From NCBI GenBank assembly GCA_963719515.1, contig CAVRCJ010000001.1, positions 301,079-365,078 of the forward strand: a stretch of 64,000 nucleotides of DNA. Reading direction: 5' to 3'. The position numbers were made by a program, and so were the translations under genes. Below, piece by piece: positions 56,913-64,000 of the stretch; position 1 is the stretch's first letter; every line of letters starts with the position of its first letter. Under the pieces are notes generated by a model. The model searched no databases and was not told the origin of the DNA. It saw only the letters and a program-made list of their open reading frames with translations. Source of the stretch: an uncultured cyanobacterium. GTDB taxonomy: Bacteria; Cyanobacteriota; Cyanobacteriia; CAKZMO01.

Positions 56913-59693
56913 ATGCGCTATTATCTAAAATTTCTATTGCCGGTATGTATTGCTGCTTTACCTATTACAGCGGCTGTTTCGTCTCAATCTTTGACCATCG
57001 CTAACTTGATCGTATTGAAGACTCCTCTAGTTGTAGCTCAAGCTCGATTACGTACTGAACTAGAGAGGGCAGACGAATTTCATAATCGAGGCATACAACA
57101 GTTCAATGACAGAAACTTCCGTGAGGCGATAGAATCACTACAATCTGCATTGGAGTTATATCAAAAACTTGGAGAGCGGCAATTAGAAGGACGTACACTA
57201 AATGCAATAGGTTCAGCCCTTCGTGCGGTAGGAGATTATCAAGCTGGAATCGACTATCATCAGCAGGCTCTCATCGTTGCTCAAGATACTAATAGCCCTA
57301 GACAAGAAGCCTCAGCTTTATATAATTTAGGTAGCGCTTATCGCCAAGTAGGTATTTTTCAGCAAGCTGTAGATTTATACAGAAAAGTAATAGAAATTGC
57401 TATTGAAATTGATGATTCAGAGCTAGAAAGGAAAGCCATGAACGATCTGAATCTTGCTATTAGTAATGTAGATCAATCTCAACAGCAAAATGACAGTATT
57501 GACTACTTTTCACAGCAGCTAGAAGCTGCCCGCGATGCTGGCGACCGTATAAGAATTACCCGCGCTCTGGGCGATTTAGCTAACGCGTATAGCGCCTTTG
57601 AATTGTATCCACAAGCTTTTCCTCTTTATGAGGAGCAGCTAGAGCTTGCTCGCGAAATCAATGAGCGTGCAATGGAGGCTAGTGCATTACGTGGTTTAGG
57701 TGAGGCTTACTATAATTTGGGAAAATATCGACAAGCTGTCTCTTTATACGAGCAACAGCTAGCTATTACTCGTGAGATTAGCGATCCCATTTTCGAGATG
57801 CAAGCTTTAACCGCGCTAGCATATTCGCACAACGCACTAAGACAATTTAAAGAAGCTATTGATTATTATGAGCAGCAGCTTGTAATTATCCAAGAAATAG
57901 ATTTTCCCGCAGGAAAAGGAATTATCTTGAGTAACATAGGACTTCTATTTTTACAAGATGGCCAATCTGAGCTTGCAACCATCTTTTTAAAAGAGTCTGT
58001 TAATGTTTGGGAAGAAGTTCGCCAGAGAATCGATGACGAAGAACTAATTCAATCTTATACTAATACTATCTCGGACACCTATCGCAATCTCGCTAGTTTA
58101 CTTCTCGAACAAGACCGTTTGCTTGAAGCGGAGCAGGTCTTAGATCTACTTAAAATTCAAGAAATCAAACAGTATACCCGAGGGCAAGTCCTTGCCCCCA
58201 CCAGTCGTCTCGTCTTCCTCAGTCCTGCTGAACAAGACATTTATCGTAAATATGAAAGCATCATTGGCTTTGCTAAAGAAGTTGCTGCCTGTCGACAAGC
58301 TTCCGACTGTTTTGGAAGCGATCGCATGCAAATCCTACAGGCCGACCGCCGCGCCCTCACCGCTGAATTTGACCAAGCGGTCCAGGAATTTGCCGCTGAG
58401 ATTCAGCGACGTATTGGAGGAGGAGAGCCCCTTATTGCCATTAATACCCTCACCGGTGCTGGTCAAGACATTGTCAACGCCCAGCCAGATACTGTTCTTA
58501 TTTATCCTGTTGTGCTTGACGACAGCCTCTGGCTGATGTGGGTCACAGAAGCCGGGGTGCCCAACGCTATTAAAGTCAACGACATCGGCAAAGCTGAGAT
58601 TGATAAAGCTGTGCTGAAATTTCGCCTACTCATGCGCAAGTGCGAAGATAACAGCCTCTATTGCCAATCTGAAACTGGCATTCAAGCGATTCAGACGGTG
58701 TCTCAGCAGCTCTATACTTGGTTGATGCCCGACCTACTGGAAACTGAGCTGCGCGAGAATGGCATCCAAAACCTGGTGTTTTCCCTAGACCAGTCCATTC
58801 GCTACATCCCCATCGCTGCCTTGTTTGATGGCGATCGCTACCTAGCCGAAAGTTATACTATCTCCACTGTCAACAGCGCTAGCCTCACTAACCGCGACCG
58901 CCCCCTGCCCGATCGCCCCAACGAAACCTCCGTTCTCGCCTTGGGACTATCCGACCCCGTCCCCGCCAACCCCGACATAGGTATCCCTAGCTTCAGGGCA
59001 TTAGACAATGTCCCCGCCGAAATTAACGCAATCGTCAAGCAAAACGGAGCAGACGAGGGCGTCTACCAAGGTACTGAGCAGCTCAATGCCGAGTTTGACG
59101 AATCCGCTATCCTCCAGGCACCGGGCCATCAGATTCTGCATATTGCTACCCATGGCCTATTTGACCCTACTAGCCTCGTCTCCTCATTTCTAGTTCTAGG
59201 GACTCAAGAACCCTGGCGCATCTCTGATATCAACCTCGATCGCCAGCTCTTTTCAGATATCAGTCTTGTTGTCCTCTCTGCTTGTGAAACTGGCTTAGCA
59301 CAAAATGACTGGGCAGCAAATCCGGGAGAGAACGTAGAATTATCTGACGGGCGAGAGGTTTCTAGCATCGCCCAAGCCTTCATCACTGCGGGCGCAAACA
59401 CTGTCATTGCCTCTCTGTGGCAAGTAAGCGACGCAGCTACCAGCGAAGTCATGCAGTCCTTCTACGGCAGCCTAGCCCAAAACACCGCCGACACCCCCGT
59501 CACCATCGCTCAAGCCATGCAGACTGCCCAGCTTCAGATGCTTTATGGCAGTACTGACGCCGACTTTGGGCCGAACCGAAGCACCGAGCAGGACGCGACT
59601 ATCGACGTGCAGACCACTGCTAGCAGCGCATCATCCCGCTATGCCCATCCCTACTACTGGTCACCCTTCGTCATCATCGGCAACGGTCTTTAA
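56913..59693 (+). CDS. Secreted TPR-CHAT protease (CHAT-E)
   Basis: Signal-like N-terminus; 40-aa TPRs; HIATHG and LSACETG dyad; HPYYWSPFVIIGNGL. Confidence 0.92.
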   Translation: MRYYLKFLLPVCIAALPITAAVSSQSLTIANLIVLKTPLVVAQARLRTELERADEFHNRGIQQFNDRNFREAIESLQSALELYQKLGERQLEGRTLNAIGSALRAVGDYQAGIDYHQQALIVAQDTNSPRQEASALYNLGSAYRQVGIFQQAVDLYRKVIEIAIEIDDSELERKAMNDLNLAISNVDQSQQQNDSIDYFSQQLEAARDAGDRIRITRALGDLANAYSAFELYPQAFPLYEEQLELAREINERAMEASALRGLGEAYYNLGKYRQAVSLYEQQLAITREISDPIFEMQALTALAYSHNALRQFKEAIDYYEQQLVIIQEIDFPAGKGIILSNIGLLFLQDGQSELATIFLKESVNVWEEVRQRIDDEELIQSYTNTISDTYRNLASLLLEQDRLLEAEQVLDLLKIQEIKQYTRGQVLAPTSRLVFLSPAEQDIYRKYESIIGFAKEVAACRQASDCFGSDRMQILQADRRALTAEFDQAVQEFAAEIQRRIGGGEPLIAINTLTGAGQDIVNAQPDTVLIYPVVLDDSLWLMWVTEAGVPNAIKVNDIGKAEIDKAVLKFRLLMRKCEDNSLYCQSETGIQAIQTVSQQLYTWLMPDLLETELRENGIQNLVFSLDQSIRYIPIAALFDGDRYLAESYTISTVNSASLTNRDRPLPDRPNETSVLALGLSDPVPANPDIGIPSFRALDNVPAEINAIVKQNGADEGVYQGTEQLNAEFDESAILQAPGHQILHIATHGLFDPTSLVSSFLVLGTQEPWRISDINLDRQLFSDISLVVLSACETGLAQNDWAANPGENVELSDGREVSSIAQAFITAGANTVIASLWQVSDAATSEVMQSFYGSLAQNTADTPVTIAQAMQTAQLQMLYGSTDADFGPNRSTEQDATIDVQTTASSASSRYAHPYYWSPFVIIGNGL

Positions 59694-59709
59694 AGGCCGC
59701 TAAACCTCC

Positions 59710-62661
59710 CTACTCCGCCGCCCCAAATAGAGTAAACGCCGCCCACCGCGCCGGGTCATCCGGATAGCGATCGCGGGTGGCCAACATCGCCTGCTGAAGG
59801 GCGATCGCCCGATTCGGCTGCTGCTGGAGCTGACGATAGAACTCTTCCATCAGCTCCGCCGTTGGCCCATCGGGAATGGCCCACAGCGTCACCACCAAGC
59901 TTTCTACCCCCGCTGTCAAAAACGAGCGGGATAAACCAATGACGCCATCTCCCGTAATACGACCCTGCCCTGTGTCGCAGGCGCTCAGTACCACTAGCCG
60001 AGCGCTCATAGACAAGTCAGTAATTTCGGCGGCGGTAAGATAGCCGTCGTCGTCATCTGTTGGCGCTAATGCCAAAGCGCCTGGAATGCCAGTGTCCAGA
60101 TCGTCGAGCAGGCCATGGGTGGCTAGATGTACAATCGATGCCGTCTGCATTTGCGACACCACCGCCTTCTCCGTCGCCGCAGTGTCTATCAGAGGTGTAG
60201 CGCTGAGCAGCGGCGACACTTGTTCTGCTTCTCGTCTGGCCCCCGGGAGCTGATTCCAAGGGACGATGCTGCCTGGCCGATTAGGCATTTTAGGATCGCC
60301 AACAACTAGGGCAGCATCGGTACCGACGCGCAGGGGCGATCGCTGCGGCGAGACGTTGAGCAGGCCGATGGCGGGGGCAAATAGCAGCGGGTGCTTTTCG
60401 ATTAGCGCAGTGTTATTTTCGTCAGGTAGGGCGGCGAAGGGGACTAAAAATAGGGCATCGTGGGGAATGATGACGACCGGGGTGTTGTGGTTCGCGCCGT
60501 TTTCGCCATGCAAAACATCAGAGATAGGCTCAATCAAGAGCTGGTGTAAGGGATAGAGCACCTCTTTGCTCGGCAGCGGATTTCTTCCGATGACCTCGAT
60601 ACCGGCGCTGCGCAGCAGCACCCCTGGTATACCCAAAGCTCTGCGGCTTTGAATCACCCAATCGGCCAGTGGCTTATCTATCGGACTTTGGCGAAAGTGG
60701 ATTTGTCCCGTCGGTTCGATTACCCAGATGTAAAGCTCGTCTTCCACCAGCGAGTACTCCACCAGGATGGCGTCCTGTGCCTGGGCGATCGCCTTAATCT
60801 TCTCGATGCTGGGGGGCTGCACCTGCTGATCTGGAAGCGGTTCACCCCGCAGCGATAGCCTGTGGGCAAGCAGTTCCGCAAAGGCTCGCGATCGCCCTTG
60901 TTCGGAGACTTCTAGGGCTTGGTCGCTGTTGCCCACAGCAACTAGAGCCTGCTGCAATAGGCGGTAGGTGTGAGACTGGGTCTCGATGATCGAGATTTTG
61001 TCTGCGTCGGTTAGCCCCGGTCGCTGCTGCTCCCAGGCAAGCACTGCATCTCGCAGGACAATCGCCGCATCCTCTGGCTTATTTTGCAGCAACAGTTCTC
61101 CCTTGGCGCTGAGGGTTTCGGCTTCACCGCTGACGTAGGTGTTGTCGGTACTGTCGCCACCATCCTCAATATTGTGCCATAGGTATAGAGCCTGATCGTA
61201 CTGCGTTAGAGCTTCGCTGACTTCATCTTGTCGGACAGCGAGCTGACCTAAGCCGTAGTGACTGCGGGCCATGGCGGTTGGGTCATTTGCGGCTTGGGAA
61301 ATTTCTAGCGCTTTTGTGAGGTAGAGCCGTGCTTTGTCTAGGTTGCCTAGCTCTAAGTAGGCCTCCCCGACGCGGCTGAGGGCGATCGCCTCCCCGGCAT
61401 CATCGCTGTTCTTTCGGTAGTCAGCTAGACTGAGTTTAGCAAACCGCAGAGCCTGGGTGAGATTGTCGGAGCGGCTGTAGGCCAGCGCTAGCGCCCTGAA
61501 AATTAGTCCTTCTTGACCCTGTCCTTCGCGGTCAGAACTTCGTCGATCAGTGCCCTGGGGGATAGGCTGGTATTGCTCAAGAGCTCGCTTCAGTAAGGCA
61601 ATCGCCCGCTCAGTTTGTCCTAGGCGAATGTAAGTTTCGCCCAAGTAAGCTAAGGAGTCCACGTCCCCCTGCGGATCGCCGATGGCTTGTCGAACGGCCT
61701 GACTCTGCTGATAGTAGTCCAGGGCGTTGGCATATTCTCCCCGCTCGGCGTAGAGGTTACCAATTTGGTCTAGGGCGTCGCTCTCCCGCAGGCGGTTACC
61801 CGTGGTGCGGTACACCTGTAGCGCCGCTTCAAAAGTGGTTTGTGCGCCGTCCAGGTCACCCCCTTCGGATTGCTGCTGGCCTGTTTGGTACAGTTCGGCG
61901 GCATCATCGCTAAAGGCGCAGATAGTTGCAGGATAGACAGGACAACCTTTAATTCTGAGAGGGAGGTTTCTTAGTTCGAACTCAATAAGCTGCTGAAGCG
62001 GCGATAGACTGCTGATGTCGCGAATTGCATTTCCACTAAGTCTGAGACTTTTGAGCTCTACCAATTGGGCTAGCGGTTCTACTAACTCTATGCGGTTGCT
62101 AATCAAGTCAAGGTTAGTTAGTGTAGTAAGAGAGCTTAAGGGTGACAAGTCACTAATCCAATTGTTTTTGATGTAGAGTTCGGTTAAGTAAAGGCGAGCT
62201 ATAGGTTTTATATTTTCAATACGGTTCTCGTCGACAGAGAGAATCTCTAACCGGGTTAGACTTGTCAGCGGACTGAGGTTCCGAATCTGATTCTTACTTA
62301 GATCGAGAGTTTGCAAATTAGTAAGAGCTGACAGTGGGCCAATGTCTTCAACTTCGTTATTTCCAAGAGATAATACTCGTAGCTGAGTCAAACTGGTTAG
62401 AGGAGCTAGAGATTTGATTTGACGATTGTCAAGCCGTAAGCGCTCCAGACCGTGAAGATATTTATCTGCTACGTTACAGTCATTAGTTTCCGCCGTCTCC
62501 AGCAATACTTCAATAGTGTGACGCTCAGCGGCGGGGAGATCCTCCCGTTGAGCGCACAAGCTAGCAAAGCGGAGAGGCTGCGCGACGGCTAAAGTTGCGG
62601 GTAACAAAGCCGAGACGGAGGGTAAGGTAAATACCAAGGGAGCTAATAAATTTATAATCAT
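59710..62661 (-). CDS. Secreted LRR-TPR-CHAT protease (CHAT-F)
   Basis: 22-aa internalin-type LRRs, TPRs, HLATHG and LSACDTG dyad, WAAFTLFG. Confidence 0.92.
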   Translation of the reverse strand: MIINLLAPLVFTLPSVSALLPATLAVAQPLRFASLCAQREDLPAAERHTIEVLLETAETNDCNVADKYLHGLERLRLDNRQIKSLAPLTSLTQLRVLSLGNNEVEDIGPLSALTNLQTLDLSKNQIRNLSPLTSLTRLEILSVDENRIENIKPIARLYLTELYIKNNWISDLSPLSSLTTLTNLDLISNRIELVEPLAQLVELKSLRLSGNAIRDISSLSPLQQLIEFELRNLPLRIKGCPVYPATICAFSDDAAELYQTGQQQSEGGDLDGAQTTFEAALQVYRTTGNRLRESDALDQIGNLYAERGEYANALDYYQQSQAVRQAIGDPQGDVDSLAYLGETYIRLGQTERAIALLKRALEQYQPIPQGTDRRSSDREGQGQEGLIFRALALAYSRSDNLTQALRFAKLSLADYRKNSDDAGEAIALSRVGEAYLELGNLDKARLYLTKALEISQAANDPTAMARSHYGLGQLAVRQDEVSEALTQYDQALYLWHNIEDGGDSTDNTYVSGEAETLSAKGELLLQNKPEDAAIVLRDAVLAWEQQRPGLTDADKISIIETQSHTYRLLQQALVAVGNSDQALEVSEQGRSRAFAELLAHRLSLRGEPLPDQQVQPPSIEKIKAIAQAQDAILVEYSLVEDELYIWVIEPTGQIHFRQSPIDKPLADWVIQSRRALGIPGVLLRSAGIEVIGRNPLPSKEVLYPLHQLLIEPISDVLHGENGANHNTPVVIIPHDALFLVPFAALPDENNTALIEKHPLLFAPAIGLLNVSPQRSPLRVGTDAALVVGDPKMPNRPGSIVPWNQLPGARREAEQVSPLLSATPLIDTAATEKAVVSQMQTASIVHLATHGLLDDLDTGIPGALALAPTDDDDGYLTAAEITDLSMSARLVVLSACDTGQGRITGDGVIGLSRSFLTAGVESLVVTLWAIPDGPTAELMEEFYRQLQQQPNRAIALQQAMLATRDRYPDDPARWAAFTLFGAAE

Positions 62662-62678
62662 ATCAATTGCGCTATTGG

Positions 62679-63827
62679 TTATGGTATCAATGTTTCTCGC
62701 TCACATGGGCCTAACTCGTCATTCGGCAAAGTGGCTTGACAAAAATTAGTATCTTGTAGGCTAGCCCCATCTAGCTGCGCGTTGAGCAGGCTAGCCCGCT
62801 CCAAATCTGCCCCTGCTAAATTAGCGTTGCGTAAATTAGCGTTGTCCAAAATGGCACCGGCTAAATCGGCTCCTTGCAAATTACTACTAGATAAGTCAGC
62901 ACCTTTGAGTTGAACTCCAATCAGGTCAGCATTGCTGAAGTCTATGTTACTAAGGTTGCAGTATAAGCACTCATTTCCAGCTCTAAGCCGTCGTAAGTGA
63001 GCCGCCTGCTCAATTTTAAGGCGATCGCTTTCAGCAATAGAATTATTTTGCAAACTAAGTCTCGTCACCTGTTCTAAAAGTAATAGAGGGGAAGCATCTA
63101 CAACTTGATTTGAGATAAGCCTTATTGTCGCCAGCGCTGTTAAGTTTCTTAGCGGCTCTAGGTCTTCAACTTGATTGTTGTTGAGATGGAGATTTTCTAA
63201 ATAAGTCAGCTCTTGTAAAGGATATATATCGTATATTTGATTTGTAGACAAATTGAGCTCATTTAGTGCAATAAGTCTACTCAATGGCGCTAAATCTCGA
63301 ATGGCGTTGTCCTCAAGCTCCAGAACTTCTAAATTAGTCAAGGATACTAGAGGACGTAGATCTTCAACTTGATTTCTTGATAGCCTAAGGGTCCGTAAAC
63401 TCACAAGTTGAGCAAGCGGGCTCAAGTCGCTTACCGAGTTACCGCTAAAAGTCAAATCGTATAGGTTAGTGAGCTGTGATAGTGGAGTTAAATCGGTAAT
63501 CTGATTGTTGTCTAAGTACAGTTTGTTAAGCTGGGTAAAATCGGCTAGAACACCAATGTCTTGAAGACGAGAATTTCCGAGCTGAAGGCTATCTGCTTCG
63601 AGTAAGATGCGATTGGCTTCTTCGCAGTCATCAACATCTGCAAGCGTCAAAAGTACCTCTATAGTCTGCTGCCTATTCTCATTTATGCGATCGCGCTGTT
63701 CACACTGCGACAGAAACCGCTTCGGAGTGGTAGACAAAGGCCGTAGCGTAGGCGTCGATTTGGGCATCAAGCCGATCAATAGGGCGATCGCAGGTCCCCA
63801 CGTCAACATGTTATGAAAAATATACAC
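62679..63827 (-). CDS. LRR plus pentapeptide-repeat protein
   Basis: 22-aa LRRs (LDNNQITDLTPLSQLTNL) followed by ADL/ANL pentapeptides. Confidence 0.9.
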   Translation of the reverse strand: MYIFHNMLTWGPAIALLIGLMPKSTPTLRPLSTTPKRFLSQCEQRDRINENRQQTIEVLLTLADVDDCEEANRILLEADSLQLGNSRLQDIGVLADFTQLNKLYLDNNQITDLTPLSQLTNLYDLTFSGNSVSDLSPLAQLVSLRTLRLSRNQVEDLRPLVSLTNLEVLELEDNAIRDLAPLSRLIALNELNLSTNQIYDIYPLQELTYLENLHLNNNQVEDLEPLRNLTALATIRLISNQVVDASPLLLLEQVTRLSLQNNSIAESDRLKIEQAAHLRRLRAGNECLYCNLSNIDFSNADLIGVQLKGADLSSSNLQGADLAGAILDNANLRNANLAGADLERASLLNAQLDGASLQDTNFCQATLPNDELGPCERETLIP

Positions 63828-64000
63828 TCTTAAGAAAGTATTGAATTCTGGGGGTTTCTTTCGAAACGCGGTAAATTATATTCACTGGTCTTACGGTACG
63901 ACTATCTTGTTCAGCATTGTAGAGATTTAATATCCTCAGATTCTCAATGCAGCAATAGAAATTCTACTAACAAGAATGGACCAGCGACGGTTCATATTAC

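Noticed and set aside
27831-62661. Type III-E CRISPR Craspase locus
   Set aside because: No Cas7-11 or array is present, and these TPR-CHATs have signal peptides; only the functional analogy is kept
1-64000. Frequent GCGATCGC as a novel repeat, and the many short overlapping ORFs
   Set aside because: GCGATCGC is the known cyanobacterial HIP1 sequence; the short ORFs are shadows of GC-rich real genes with no recognisable motifs

Overview
Cyanobacterial chromosome segment. The HIP1 octamer GCGATCGC is very frequent, and there is a PSII S4-domain gene and an xisH/xisI pair. Bases 1-18.4 kb hold ordinary genes (antiporter, HD hydrolase, LysR/DMT pair, multi-sensor His kinase, flavoprotein disulfide reductase, PLP decarboxylase) plus two IS200/IS605-family tnpB elements, ending at tRNA-Val(GAC). 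From 18.5 kb to the end is a ~45 kb cluster dominated by proteases, mostly with predicted export signals. It has five TPR-CHAT or LRR-TPR-CHAT genes (one split by an IS), a TPR-less CHAT with its catalytic His replaced by Asn, a Tat-signal caspase-like protease, a trypsin-like protease, an S8 subtilase, an RTX-type heme peroxidase and an LRR-pentapeptide protein. At its centre is a four-gene operon: sigma-like factor, DUF1822-like protein, membrane CHAT-CHASE2, and secreted DUF928-like protein. The main candidate for a new system is an extracellular-to-cytoplasmic proteolytic signalling cascade. Supporting observations are a recurrent R-G/S linker motif in nearly every component, near-identical 120-bp TPR arrays that vary at a few codons, and a G9 frameshift in the receptor. 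Domain names come from motif recognition, not database searches.
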